Origin: an uncultured Planctomycetota bacterium
GTDB taxonomy: Bacteria; Planctomycetota; PLA2; JAEUHO01
Direction: 5' to 3'
Assembly (NCBI GenBank): GCA_963752285.1
Contig: CAVVXN010000002.1
Location: 192,001-256,000 of the forward strand
Length of the DNA stretch: 64,000 nucleotides
A program made the translations under genes and the position numbers. Within the stretch, counting starts at the first letter, position 1. Every line of letters begins with the position of its first letter. The notes under the pieces are model-generated. The model did not search any database, was not told the origin of the DNA, and saw nothing but the letters and a program-made list of their open reading frames with translations. Below, piece by piece: positions 36,072 to 47,642 of this stretch.

Positions 36072-36602
36072 TCAGAGGAGGGGGTTCATCGCCTCCAGGA
36101 TCGCCCCCGGTTCGCTCATCCGGCCGGGGCCGACCTCGCCTTCGCTCAGCCACCCCGACGCGGGGCCGACGAGGTGGACCCCGTCCTCCTCCAGCACGCG
36201 GACGTTTCGTCTCGTCCGCGGGTTCTCCCACATGCGGACGTTCATCGCGGGCGCCAGGAGCACCGGGCACTTCGCCCCGAGGACCGTCGCCGTGAGCACG
36301 CTCCCGGACAGGCCGTGCGCGATGCGGGCGAGCACGTTCGCCGTGCACGGCGCGACCACGAGGAGGTCGGCGTCCTCCGTCACGCGCAGGTGGTCCTGGG
36401 GCGTGGACCCCGTGCCCCACGTCCGGTCCGTGAACACCCGCCGGTGCGTGAGCGCCGAGAACGACAGCGGGCGCACGAAGCGGAGCGCGGCCCGCGTCAT
36501 CACGACGTCCACCTCGTGCCCCGCCTGGACGCACTTCGACGCCAGGTCCACGGCCTTGTACGCGGCGATGCTGCCCGTCACGCCGAGGACGAGGTGGCTC
36601 AT
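36072..36602 (-). CDS. coaC: Stand-alone phosphopantothenoylcysteine decarboxylase (HFCD flavoprotein)
   Basis: GVTGSIAAYKA, APCTAN, PAMNVRMW, GPGRMSEP; usual position after gmk-rpoZ; no CoaB domain. Confidence 0.85.
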   Translation of the reverse strand: MSHLVLGVTGSIAAYKAVDLASKCVQAGHEVDVVMTRAALRFVRPLSFSALTHRRVFTDRTWGTGSTPQDHLRVTEDADLLVVAPCTANVLARIAHGLSGSVLTATVLGAKCPVLLAPAMNVRMWENPRTRRNVRVLEEDGVHLVGPASGWLSEGEVGPGRMSEPGAILEAMNPLL

Positions 36603-36615
36603 GGCGAACCCGGGC

Positions 36616-36822
36616 CTACTCGGCGTCCTCGGGGACGAGCTCGATCTTGCCGGCGCGGACCTCCTCGATCGCGATGTCGATCGGGTTGTCCGAGCGGATG
36701 TCCACGAGCCGCGGCGCGCCCGCCACCAGCTCGCGGATGCGCTTCTGGAGCAGCGTGGTCAGCTGGAATCGTCCGCCGACCTTCGCCTCCAGCTCGTCGA
36801 TGATGCGGATCTTCTCCTCCAT
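36616..36822 (-). CDS. rpoZ: RNA polymerase omega subunit
   Basis: KVGGRFQLTTLLQKRIREL...NPIDIAIEEV; between gmk and coaC. Confidence 0.9.
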   Translation of the reverse strand: MEEKIRIIDELEAKVGGRFQLTTLLQKRIRELVAGAPRLVDIRSDNPIDIAIEEVRAGKIELVPEDAE

Positions 36823-36831
36823 GGCGTCGAA

Positions 36832-37434
36832 TCACTCCTCGCCGCGGCCGGGCGACCAGGCGAGGCCCGCCCCCGCGACCAACCGCCGCACGGCGGCGTC
36901 CAGGTCGTCGTTCACCACCACCAGATCGAACCAGGAGGCCGCCTCGGCCTCCCGCTCGGCCTCGGCCACCCGACGGCGGACCGCGGCCTCGTCGTCCTCG
37001 CCGCGCGCCGTGAGGCGGCGCAGCATCTCCTCGGGGTCGGGCGCCGTCACGAAGACGTACGTCGCGTCCACCCCGAGGTCCTTGAGCGTCCGGGCGCCCT
37101 GCACGTCCACCACGAGGAGGCCGTTCCTCCCGGACGCGAGGATCGGCTCCAGGTTCTGCCGCGGCGTCCCGTACCGGTGGCCGTAGACGCGCGCGTGCTC
37201 GAGGAAACGCCCCGCGCGGACGCCCGCCTCGAACTCGTCCTCCGTCAGGAAGTCGTACGCCTCCCCCGGCCTCTCGTCGCCGCGCGGGGGACGCGTCGTG
37301 GCGGTCCGTGCGCGGGCGAAGCCCGGGTCCTCGAGCAGCGCGCGGGCCACGGTCGTCTTGCCCGAGCCGCTCGGGCCCGACAGGACGACGAGGCGCCCGC
37401 GCGCCGTGCGGGGGGAGGAGGGGGCCGACGTCAC
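36832..37434 (-). CDS. gmk: Guanylate kinase
   Basis: SGPSGSGKTT, TTRPPR, FLEHA, YGTP, DVQGA, VVNDDL. Confidence 0.95.
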   Translation of the reverse strand: MTSAPSSPRTARGRLVVLSGPSGSGKTTVARALLEDPGFARARTATTRPPRGDERPGEAYDFLTEDEFEAGVRAGRFLEHARVYGHRYGTPRQNLEPILASGRNGLLVVDVQGARTLKDLGVDATYVFVTAPDPEEMLRRLTARGEDDEAAVRRRVAEAEREAEAASWFDLVVVNDDLDAAVRRLVAGAGLAWSPGRGEE

Positions 37435-38297
37435 TCGAGGTTCTGCACCTGCTCGCGCAGGCGCTCCACGTCGGACTTCATCTCGACCACGACGCGCGAG
37501 AGCGCGATCTCGTTCGTCTTGCTCCCGATCGTGTTCGTCTCGCGGTGGATCTCCTGGACGAGGAAGTCGAGCGTGCGCCCGACGGCGCCGCCCTTCCCTA
37601 GGACCTCGCGGGCGTGCGCGAGATGGGCCTCGAGGCGCGTGATCTCCTCGCGGACGTCCGCGCGGTCCGCGAGGATCGCCGCCTCGCGGGCCATCACGGC
37701 CTCGTCGGGAGACGCCCCCGTGCCCTGGAGGAGCTCGGCCATCCGGGCCTCGAGACGCTCCCGGGTGCGCCGCGGCGCCTCGGTCGCCTCGGCCTTCACG
37801 GACGAGAGGGCCGTCTCGACCGCGGCGAGCAGTCGCTCGATCTCCAGGCCGAGCTCTCGTCCCTCGCGCCGCCGCGCCTCCACGAGCGCGGTGAGGGCGG
37901 CGCCGGCGGCCTCGGCCGCCTCCGCCGCGTGCGTCTCGCCTCCGGCCGGGTCGGAGGCGTCGGCGAGCACCCCCGGCACGCGGAGCACGTCGCCGACGGA
38001 AGGCGGCGCGAGCCCGGTCGTCCGCGCGAGGTCCGCGAGGCGGGCCGCCGTCGCGATGAACGCGACCTCGCTCACGCTCTCGCCGGCCCCCGCGGCGACG
38101 GGGGTGAAGCGCACGAAGAGCGTCACGTGTCCGCGCGAGACGTGCCGGCGGACGGCCTCCTCGAGGGGCGCGTCGAGGCTCCCGAGCGGGCCCGCCGTGC
38201 GCAGCGAGGTCTTTAGGAAACGGTGGTTCACCGACCGTGCCTCCGCCTCGTAGCGACCGCTCGCGCGGTCGAGGACGGCGCGGCCCGATCCGGTCAT
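37431..38297 (-). CDS. yicC: YicC/YloC family endoribonuclease
   Basis: SMTG, RSVNHRFL, DVREEITRL, GRTLDFLVQEIHRETNTIGSK, REQVQNLE. Confidence 0.94.
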   Translation of the reverse strand: MTGSGRAVLDRASGRYEAEARSVNHRFLKTSLRTAGPLGSLDAPLEEAVRRHVSRGHVTLFVRFTPVAAGAGESVSEVAFIATAARLADLARTTGLAPPSVGDVLRVPGVLADASDPAGGETHAAEAAEAAGAALTALVEARRREGRELGLEIERLLAAVETALSSVKAEATEAPRRTRERLEARMAELLQGTGASPDEAVMAREAAILADRADVREEITRLEAHLAHAREVLGKGGAVGRTLDFLVQEIHRETNTIGSKTNEIALSRVVVEMKSDVERLREQVQNLE

Positions 38298-38322
38298 GGA
38301 CGAGAGGGGACCCACCCGGGCG

Positions 38323-38895
38323 TCAGCTCCCCCTGCCGTCTCCCGGAGCGGGCGGTACGGGTGCGGGCGCCTCGGGCGCGGGGCCGGAGGGGGGCGCGTC
38401 CCCCGCGGGCGGCGTGCCTGCACCGGGCGGCGTGGCGCCGCCGGACGGCGTGGCGCCGCCGGACGGCGTGGCTCCGCCGGACGGCTGTGCGCCCGAGGGG
38501 GGCGTCGCGCCCGGCGTCGTGGGCGTCGTTCCGCCGTCGCCCGGCGCCTCGCCGCCCGGGGGCAACGCTTCGCCGGGGTTCGGCCCGGTGCCCGGGAAGG
38601 GCGCGGACGACGGCGTCACGCCCGACGGCGTCACGTTCTCGACGGCCTTCATCGACGACGTCTCGCCCGCGGAGACGAGCCCGGCGTAGAGCAGCGCGGA
38701 GCCGAGGAATGCGCCCGCGAGGTACGCGGTGAAGCGGTTCACGGTCCCGGCCTTCACGCCGAACGTGTCCGCGCCCGCGCCGCCGAACGCGCCGCCGAGC
38801 CCGCCGCCCTTGCCCTCCTGGAGGAGGATGACGACCGTCAGCAGCACGGACGAGATGACGAAGCAGGTGAAGACGAGCGTCTGGAAGAGGCCCAT
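38323..38895 (-). CDS. secG: Preprotein translocase SecG with long Pro/Gly/Thr-rich tail
   Basis: ILLQEGKGGGLGGAFGG, two TMs, follows tpiA. Confidence 0.92.
   Translation of the reverse strand: MGLFQTLVFTCFVISSVLLTVVILLQEGKGGGLGGAFGGAGADTFGVKAGTVNRFTAYLAGAFLGSALLYAGLVSAGETSSMKAVENVTPSGVTPSSAPFPGTGPNPGEALPPGGEAPGDGGTTPTTPGATPPSGAQPSGGATPSGGATPSGGATPPGAGTPPAGDAPPSGPAPEAPAPVPPAPGDGRGS
38429..38482. repeat. 18-bp tandem repeat, three copies, inside the secG tail (PSGGAT units)
   Basis: GGCGTGGCGCCGCCGGAC twice, then GGCGTGGCTCCGCCGGAC. Confidence 0.9.
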
Positions 38896-38982
38896 GAGCG
38901 AGGCGACGATCGGGGCGGGGTCGAGATGCACGTCGGGTTCCTCGATCTCGGGGTGGGGGGGCCACCCGCTGGGAGCCGGAGA

Positions 38983-39753
38983 CTACGCCTCCGAGGCCGT
39001 GGCGCGGACGAGCCGCTGGAACGCGTCGGGGTCCAGGGATGCCCCTCCCACGAGGGCCCCGTCCACGTCCTCGGCGGCGAGCAAGCGGCCTATGTTGCCG
39101 GGTTTCACGCTCCCACCGTAGAGGATTCTGAGGCTTCGGGCGCGGGACGCGTCCCTCGACCGGACCTCGGCGCGGATCCAGGCGTGGACCTCCTGGGCCT
39201 CCTCGGGGCTGGCCGTGAGGCCCGTCCCGATGGCCCAGACCGGCTCGTAGGCGAGGACCAGGGGGGCGTCGGGCCCCGGGAGTGCGTCGAGTCCCGCGTC
39301 CACCTGCCGGAGGACCACCTCCCGGGCGCGGCCCGCGCGGCGCTCCGGGAGGGTCTCGCCGACGCAGAGCACGGGGACGAGCCCGGCTTCGAGCGCCTGG
39401 AGGAGACCCGCCGCCACCACCGCGTCGGTCTCGCCGAGGCCGTGGCGCCGCTCGCTGTGCCCACAGAGGACGTAGCGACAGCCGACCCCGGTCAGCATCG
39501 CCGCCGCGACCTGCCCGGTGTAGGCGCCGAACGGTTCGGGAGCGCACGCCTGACCGCCCACCGCCACCGGGCCGTCCGGTGCGCCGACCACCCGCGCGAC
39601 CTCGTCGAGCCACGGATAGGGCGGGAACAGGGCGACCTCGCTCGTCGAGGTTCGGGCCGCCTCCAGCGCGGCCTCGGCCCACCGCCGCGCGTCGGCGCGG
39701 AGGCCGTTCATCTTCCAGTTGCCGGCGATCAGGACCCCGCGGGCCTCGTCCAT
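38983..39753 (-). CDS. tpiA: Triosephosphate isomerase
   Basis: AGNWKMN, GHSERR, AYEPVWAIGTG, YGGSVKP, LVGGASL. Confidence 0.97.
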   Translation of the reverse strand: MDEARGVLIAGNWKMNGLRADARRWAEAALEAARTSTSEVALFPPYPWLDEVARVVGAPDGPVAVGGQACAPEPFGAYTGQVAAAMLTGVGCRYVLCGHSERRHGLGETDAVVAAGLLQALEAGLVPVLCVGETLPERRAGRAREVVLRQVDAGLDALPGPDAPLVLAYEPVWAIGTGLTASPEEAQEVHAWIRAEVRSRDASRARSLRILYGGSVKPGNIGRLLAAEDVDGALVGGASLDPDAFQRLVRATASEA

Positions 39754-39935
39754 GCGGAGAGGGTAGCGGGACGGACCCGGGTCGGCGAAGCCGGGCGCCG
39801 CGATCCGCCGCGCGGGCGCGGGCTTCGGCGGGGTCCACCGCGGCGGACCGGTACGCCGGTCGAGGCCCGTGATTTGCCGCGCACCCTGGTCCATTCCCGC
39901 CCGCCGAGGGTCGAACGGCATAGAATCCGCGCGCG

Positions 39936-40967
39936 ATGCTCGTCGTCTTCTCCCCGTCCGCCACCGACGCCGAGCGGCGTCGCCTGATCGCCACGCTCGA
40001 GGCGAACGGGTGTCGCGCGGAGGCGTCTCGCGACCACGGTTGCTGGATCCTCACCGTCCACGGCGACCTGGACCGCCTGCGCGAGGTGCCGCTCCACGTC
40101 TACCCGGGCGTGCGCCAGATCGTGCCCCTTGCGGCGCCCTACACGCTGGCCGGCCTGGAGCACCAGAGAGAGCCCACGGTCGTGACGGTGGGGGACGTCC
40201 GGATCGGGGGCGGCGGCTTCGTGGTCATCGCCGGGCCCTGCGCGGTGGAGGACCTCGAGACGTTCCGCGCGATCGCCTTCGCGGTGAAGGACGCCGGCGC
40301 GAACCTGCTCCGGGGCGGCGCCTGGAAGCCGAGGACGAGTCCCTACTCGTTCCGAGGTCTCGGGCTCGACGGCCTCAAGATCCTGCGCGAGGTGAGCCTG
40401 GAGACCGGCCTCCCGACCGTGACGGAGGTGCTCGACCCGCGGCACGTCGAGGCCGTCGTCTCGAACGCCGACATGGTCCAGATCGGCACGCGCAACATGA
40501 GCAACTTCGACCTGCTCGTCGAGGTCGGGCAGGCGGGCCACCCCGTGCTCCTCAAGCGCGGTCGCTCGGCGACCGTCTCGGACTGGCTGCTCGCGGCCGA
40601 GTACGTCCTGGCGCAGGGCAACCCGAACGTGGTCCTCTGCGAGCGCGGCGTGCGCGGATTCGACACGGCGACGCGGAACCTCCTCGACCTCGCGGCCGTC
40701 CCCGCGGTCCGGGCGCGGTCGCACCTCCCGATCGTCGTGGACCCGAGCCACGCGACGGGCAAGGCGCGGTACGTCGCCCCGATGGCGCGGGCCGCGTGCG
40801 CGGCGGGGGCGGACGGCGTGATGGTCGAGGTACACACCGAGCCCACCTGCGCGCTCTCGGACGCCGAGCAGGCGCTCCTGCCGGACGCGTTCCGCGACCT
40901 CTGCGAGGACTTGCGGCTCGTCTCGCACGTGATCCACCGCGGCGCGGCCAGCGAGACGGAGAGCTAG
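39936..40967 (+). CDS. aroF: DAHP synthase type I-beta with N-terminal regulatory domain
   Basis: IAGPCAVE, RGGAWKPRTSPYSFRGLG, QIGTRNM, LLKRG, CERG, DPSHATG. Confidence 0.95.
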   Translation: MLVVFSPSATDAERRRLIATLEANGCRAEASRDHGCWILTVHGDLDRLREVPLHVYPGVRQIVPLAAPYTLAGLEHQREPTVVTVGDVRIGGGGFVVIAGPCAVEDLETFRAIAFAVKDAGANLLRGGAWKPRTSPYSFRGLGLDGLKILREVSLETGLPTVTEVLDPRHVEAVVSNADMVQIGTRNMSNFDLLVEVGQAGHPVLLKRGRSATVSDWLLAAEYVLAQGNPNVVLCERGVRGFDTATRNLLDLAAVPAVRARSHLPIVVDPSHATGKARYVAPMARAACAAGADGVMVEVHTEPTCALSDAEQALLPDAFRDLCEDLRLVSHVIHRGAASETES

Positions 40968-40990
40968 GAGGCCTCGCCCCGCGTCGCGCG

Positions 40991-41638
40991 CTACCGGGCG
41001 CCGATGCGGCGGATCGCGCCCTCGATCGTCCGGCGGTCGGCACCGTCCACGGCCTCGGCGGCGGCCCGGAGCGCCTCGAGCGCGGGCTTCGAGGCCCCGC
41101 CGACGTTCGCGAGGGCCATCGCCGCCCAGACCTTCGTCTCGCGGTCGTCGCTTTCGAGCAGCGCCGTCAGGCCGGGCACCGCGTCCGCCGCCTCCGGCGG
41201 GAGGCCGGTGGACCACACCCGGACGAGCCGTTTCCGCGTCGCGGCGTCGCCCCGCCGGAAAGCGTCGAGCATCGCGGGCACGTCGTCCGGCTCGAGCGCC
41301 CGGAGCGCGTTCGCGGCGGCGCGCTCGACCTCGGGCACGGCGAGGAGTCCGACGAGGCGCGGGACGGCGGGGCCGGCGTCCGCGTGGAGCAGCTCGACGA
41401 GGGTCACGGCGTTTCGGACGACGCGCGGGTCGTCGTCCTGGAGCAGGGTCTCGACCTCGGCGAGAGCGTCCTGGCCGCGTTCGCGGAGCCGCTCGAGCGT
41501 CGGGACGTCGCCCTCCGCGACGCGCTCGCGAAGCGGTCTCGGTTCCCCGCGCCCGCAGCCGGCGAGCGCGAGGGCCACGAGCGTGACGACGAGCCGTCCG
41601 CATCGCCCGGCGGACGAGGGGCGCGCGTCCGGCGTCAG
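40991..41638 (-). CDS. HEAT-repeat lipoprotein, paralogue of the upstream gene; start unresolved
   Basis: LALAGC lipobox; AVPGLT...VWAAMALANVG shared with the neighbour; CTG at 41638 overlaps the upstream stop. Confidence 0.75.
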   Translation of the reverse strand: MTPDARPSSAGRCGRLVVTLVALALAGCGRGEPRPLRERVAEGDVPTLERLRERGQDALAEVETLLQDDDPRVVRNAVTLVELLHADAGPAVPRLVGLLAVPEVERAAANALRALEPDDVPAMLDAFRRGDAATRKRLVRVWSTGLPPEAADAVPGLTALLESDDRETKVWAAMALANVGGASKPALEALRAAAEAVDGADRRTIEGAIRRIGAR

Positions 41639-42315
41639 CGGTGCTCGCTGTACATGCCCGGCTTGTCGGAGTCCTCGATCCGCTTGATCACGCCCGCGAA
41701 CATGCGCTTGTCCTTCTCGGGCGCCGCCTCGGCCGCGGCGTGGAGGGCGGGCAGCGCGGACTTCGCGGCGCTCCCGATGTTGGCCAGGGCCATGGCGGCC
41801 CACACGCGCGCGTCGCTGTCGCTCGTAGACAGGTACTTCGTCAGCCCCGGCACGGCGTCCTTCGCCTCGCCGCCGACGCCGTGGGACCAGGACTCGACGA
41901 TCAGCTTCTTCAAGGCGTCGTCGCCGGAGTCGAAGGCGGTGACCATGTCGGGCGTCGCCACGCGTCGAAGCGAGGCCAGCGCATCCATCGCCCGTCCCTT
42001 GACGCCGGGGACCTTCATGGCCTGGATCAGCGTCGGGACGGCGGGCTTCCCCGCGTCCCCGAGCATGCCGACGAGCATCACGGCGTTGACGACGACGTCG
42101 GGATTGGGGTCCTTCATCAGCTCGATCAGCTGCGGGATCGCCGCGGCGCCCTTCGCCCGGAGCGCCCCCAGCGCGGAAGAGTCGCCCTCGGCGATGCGTT
42201 GACTCAGCGACTTGTTGCTGGCGCTGCCCGACTTCGAGCAGGCCGAGAGCGGCAGCAGGACGGCGAGCCCGACGAGGATCGCCAGCGAGGCCAGGCGGGG
42301 CAGCGGGTTGCGCAT
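41635..42315 (-). CDS. HEAT-repeat lipoprotein
   Basis: AGGAGG SD, ATG 42315, lipobox LSAC, HEAT units AIPQLIELMKDPNPDV and AVPGLT...VWAAMALANIG. Confidence 0.88.
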   Translation of the reverse strand: MRNPLPRLASLAILVGLAVLLPLSACSKSGSASNKSLSQRIAEGDSSALGALRAKGAAAIPQLIELMKDPNPDVVVNAVMLVGMLGDAGKPAVPTLIQAMKVPGVKGRAMDALASLRRVATPDMVTAFDSGDDALKKLIVESWSHGVGGEAKDAVPGLTKYLSTSDSDARVWAAMALANIGSAAKSALPALHAAAEAAPEKDKRMFAGVIKRIEDSDKPGMYSEHR

Positions 42316-42488
42316 CGGACACGACCTCCTTCTTCCCGGTGGGGGCCCGCGTCTCGGGTGCGGCCGGGCCGCCACCACGGCGATTCTGCGTCCGTCGCCG
42401 ATCGAGGGCAACCCGCGCCCCGGCGCGGTCGGTCCGGCGCGGGTACGCTGGCGCCCGACGGGCTGCGGACGGGCCCGGGGAGGGCACG

Positions 42489-43586
42489 GTGCGCGCGGAC
42501 CTCGCCACGGACGCGCCGCGCGGCGGGCCCGCGCCGCCCGACCCCGAGGTCCGGCGGGTCGCGGCGGCGCCCGCGCGGCTCGTCGTCCGGCTCCCGACGT
42601 GGCTCGGCGACGTCGTGATGGCGGCGCCCGCGCTCGAGGCGCTGTCGCGCGCGCTCCCCGAGACGACGCTCGTCGCCGCGGCGCGACCCGGCCAGGCCGG
42701 GCTCGCCGCGATGCTCCCGAGCGTCGCCGCCGTGCTCGAGATCGGCGACGAGCGTGGGCCGGGCGGCGTCCGGGCCGCTGCCCGCCGCTACCGCGAGGAC
42801 GGCGCGGACGCCGTGCTCGCGCTCCCGCGCGGCGCCCGGGCGCTCCTCGCGCCCTACCTCGCGCGCGTCCCCGTCCGCGTGGGGTTCGGCGCGCCCCTCC
42901 AGCGGTGGCTGCTGACCCACCCCGTCGAGGGCTGGCGCGCCTGGCGCGGCGCCCACCGGAGCGCGTGGCTCGGGCTCCCGGGCCGCGCGTTCGGCGCGGG
43001 GCCCCTCGGCGCCCCCGTCCTCTGCCCCCCGACGGTCGCGCGCGAGCGGGCGCGCCAGCTGCTCGGGGCCCTCGGCCACCGGCCGGGGCGCCCGCTCGTG
43101 CTGCTCGAGCCCGGCGCGGCGTACGGCCCCGCCAAGTGCTGGCCCGCCGACCGCTTCGGGCGGCTCGCGCGTCTCCTCCTCGACGACGGCGCCGACGTGG
43201 CGACGATCGGGCACCGGCGCGCGTCCGCGGAGGACGAGATCGTGCGTCTCGCGCCGGGGGTGCTTCGCGCCGCCGGCCGGACGCCGGAGCTCCCCGTGCT
43301 GGCGGCGCTCCTCGAGGCCGCCTCGCTCGTCGTGACGAACGACACCGGGCCCATGCACCTCGCGGCCGCCGTGGGCGCTCCCGTCCTCGCCCTCTTCGGC
43401 GCGACCGACCCCGTGGTGAGCGGGCCGGCGGGGGCCGCGCCCCGCCGGATCCTCGTCTCGCCGACGCCCTGCAGCCCCTGCTTCCTCCGACGCTGCGCGG
43501 TCCCCGGGCATCCCTGTCTCGCGTCGATCGGCGTGGGGCGCGTCCACCGGGAGGCCCGGGAGATGCTCTGTCGCGTCCGGATCTGA
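42489..43586 (+). CDS. waaF: LPS heptosyltransferase II-like (GT9)
   Basis: PTWLGDVVMA, PGAAYGPAKCWP, NDTGPMHLAAA, LFGATD, CSPC...C...C. Confidence 0.88.
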   Translation: MRADLATDAPRGGPAPPDPEVRRVAAAPARLVVRLPTWLGDVVMAAPALEALSRALPETTLVAAARPGQAGLAAMLPSVAAVLEIGDERGPGGVRAAARRYREDGADAVLALPRGARALLAPYLARVPVRVGFGAPLQRWLLTHPVEGWRAWRGAHRSAWLGLPGRAFGAGPLGAPVLCPPTVARERARQLLGALGHRPGRPLVLLEPGAAYGPAKCWPADRFGRLARLLLDDGADVATIGHRRASAEDEIVRLAPGVLRAAGRTPELPVLAALLEAASLVVTNDTGPMHLAAAVGAPVLALFGATDPVVSGPAGAAPRRILVSPTPCSPCFLRRCAVPGHPCLASIGVGRVHREAREMLCRVRI

Positions 43587-43681
43587 GCGCCGGTCCGGGG
43601 CGCCTCGCGCCCGGGGTCCGTGCCCTGTACATTCGGCGCGGCGCCTCGAGGGAAGGCCGGACGGCGCCGGTGGGAGCCGGG

Positions 43682-44743
43682 ATGGCGCGACGATTCACGC
43701 TGGCCGAGCTCGCGGACATCGCGGGCGTCCCCGAGGACACGGTCTCGACCTGGGAGCGCCGGGGCTACCTCGGCGAGATCACCAAGGACGAGAAGGGCGA
43801 CGCCCGGTACGGCTTCACCGACGCCGAGCGCTGCGTGGAGCTCGGCGGTCGGGCGATCCCCCGGCGCATCTCGGTCGTCAACCAGAAGGGCGGCGTCGGC
43901 AAGACGACCACGGTCTTCACGCTGGCCGCGGCGCTCTCGGACCTCGGGCGGCGGGTGCTCGCGATCGACCTCGACGCGCAGGCCAACCTGACCTCCTCCT
44001 TCGGTTTCGACCCCGACACCCTCGACCTGACGAGCGCCGACCTCCTGCTCCGCGAGGAGGTGGAAGCGGCCGACGTGATCGTCGAGACGGGCCTCGAAGG
44101 CGTCCACGCGATCCCCGCCGACATCAAGCTGTGCAACGTGGAGACGCGCATCCACGAGATGATGATGCGCGAGTACATCCTGCACACGAAGCTCGAGGGG
44201 CTCTTCGACCGCTACCACGTGATCCTGTTCGACTGCCCGCCGAACCTGAGCCGGATCACCGTCAACGCGCTCGTGGCGAGCCAGGAGGTCGTGGTCCCGA
44301 TCGAGACGCAGTCCTACTCGATCAAGGCGATCAGCGACCTCACGAACACGTTCACCGTGCTCCGGGAGAAGATGCAGCACGAGCTCAAGGTCTGGCTCCT
44401 GCCGACCAAGGTGGACCGCCGCATGCGACTCGCCGGCGAGATCCTGGACGCGCTCGAGGACGCGTTCCGCGGTCGCATCCTCGATCCGATCCAGGTGGAC
44501 TCGAACCTGGTCCGCGCGCCCCTGCTCTGCGAGCCCGTGACGCGCGCGTTCCCCACTTCGCGTTCCGCGGTCGAGTACCGGCGACTCGCACGGTTCCTGA
44601 CGCTGCCCGACGCCGAGCGCGAGCGGTGGATGCGACTCACGCTGAGGGAGCGCAGCGCCCTCTTCGACGAGGGCGCGACGACGCCGGGGCTCGACCTCGA
44701 CGAGGCGGCCCCGAACGTCGAGGACCTCGGCGCGACCGCGTGA
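43682..44743 (+). CDS. MerR-HTH fused to ParA/Soj ATPase
   Basis: FTLAELADIAGVPEDTVSTWERRGYL, then NQKGGVGKTTT, IDLDAQANLT, FDCPP, NALVAS. Confidence 0.92.
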   Translation: MARRFTLAELADIAGVPEDTVSTWERRGYLGEITKDEKGDARYGFTDAERCVELGGRAIPRRISVVNQKGGVGKTTTVFTLAAALSDLGRRVLAIDLDAQANLTSSFGFDPDTLDLTSADLLLREEVEAADVIVETGLEGVHAIPADIKLCNVETRIHEMMMREYILHTKLEGLFDRYHVILFDCPPNLSRITVNALVASQEVVVPIETQSYSIKAISDLTNTFTVLREKMQHELKVWLLPTKVDRRMRLAGEILDALEDAFRGRILDPIQVDSNLVRAPLLCEPVTRAFPTSRSAVEYRRLARFLTLPDAERERWMRLTLRERSALFDEGATTPGLDLDEAAPNVEDLGATA

Positions 44744-44829
44744 GACGAGGCCGCGTCCGGCGGACGTGCCGCGAGCGCCGGGTGTCCCGTCGTTCACCGT
44801 AAGATGGTCCCTTCCCCCGAGACTTCCCC

Positions 44830-46767
<1,938 letters not shown>

Positions 46768-46945
46768 CGCGTCGCGCCGATCACCGCTCGGAGGAGGGCC
46801 GCAGGGTCTCGGTGCGGCCGCTCTCGCGGTGGACGACCACGCCGGGCGCGCCCACGTCGAGGACGTACGAGACGCTGTCCGGGGGCGCGCCCCCGGGCAC
46901 ACGCTGCGCCCCGCCGCCGCCCCCGAGCGTACGGCCGCCGGCGGC

Positions 46946-47551
46946 TCAGGCGGGCGGCGTGCCGTCCACGACGAAGCGCGCGCGTGCGCCCGGCGCCCCG
47001 TCGAGCTCGAGGTCGAGCACGTCGCCGGGCCGGATCGGGCCGACGCCCTCCGGCGTGCCCGTGAAGACGAGATCGCCGGGCCGGAGCCCGAACCAGCGGT
47101 CGATGGCCGCGAGCAGGGCGGGGACGGGGTGGAGGAGGAGCGAGGTGTCGCCGCGCTGGCGGACCTCGCCGTTCACCCGGAGCGTGAAGCGGAGGCGGTC
47201 GAGCGCGACGGGCGCCGCGACGAACGGACCGAGCGGCGCCGAGCCCCGGAACCCCTTCGCGGCCGCCCACGGCTCGCCCCGCGCCTTCGCCGCCGCCTGA
47301 CGCGTGCGATCGGTCAGGTCGAGGCCCAGCGCGACCGCGCTCGCGCCGCCGTCCTCGCCGACGCGCACGACGAGCTCCGCCTCGTGGTGGACCTCGCCCG
47401 CGCCGGGGGGGAGCCGCACGGGACCGGGCGGGAGGACGATCGCGCCCTCGGGCTTCAGGAACACCACCGGCTCCGCGTCCGCGGCGGGCGCCGCGCCCAT
47501 CTCCTTGGCGTGCGCCGCGTAGTTCCGGCCGATGCAGAAGATCGTCGGCAT
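46946..47551 (-). CDS. Fumarylacetoacetate hydrolase family protein
   Basis: CIGRNYAAH, FLKP, HHEAEL, AKGF, GDLVFTGTPEGVG. Confidence 0.92.
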   Translation of the reverse strand: MPTIFCIGRNYAAHAKEMGAAPAADAEPVVFLKPEGAIVLPPGPVRLPPGAGEVHHEAELVVRVGEDGGASAVALGLDLTDRTRQAAAKARGEPWAAAKGFRGSAPLGPFVAAPVALDRLRFTLRVNGEVRQRGDTSLLLHPVPALLAAIDRWFGLRPGDLVFTGTPEGVGPIRPGDVLDLELDGAPGARARFVVDGTPPA

Positions 47552-47642
47552 CCGGTGCTCCTCGCGCCGTGGGCCCGGCCGACGATACGCCGGTTTGCCG
47601 AGGGGAGGGTCGGTCGGTACAAGAGGCCGAGGAGCCCGCCGC

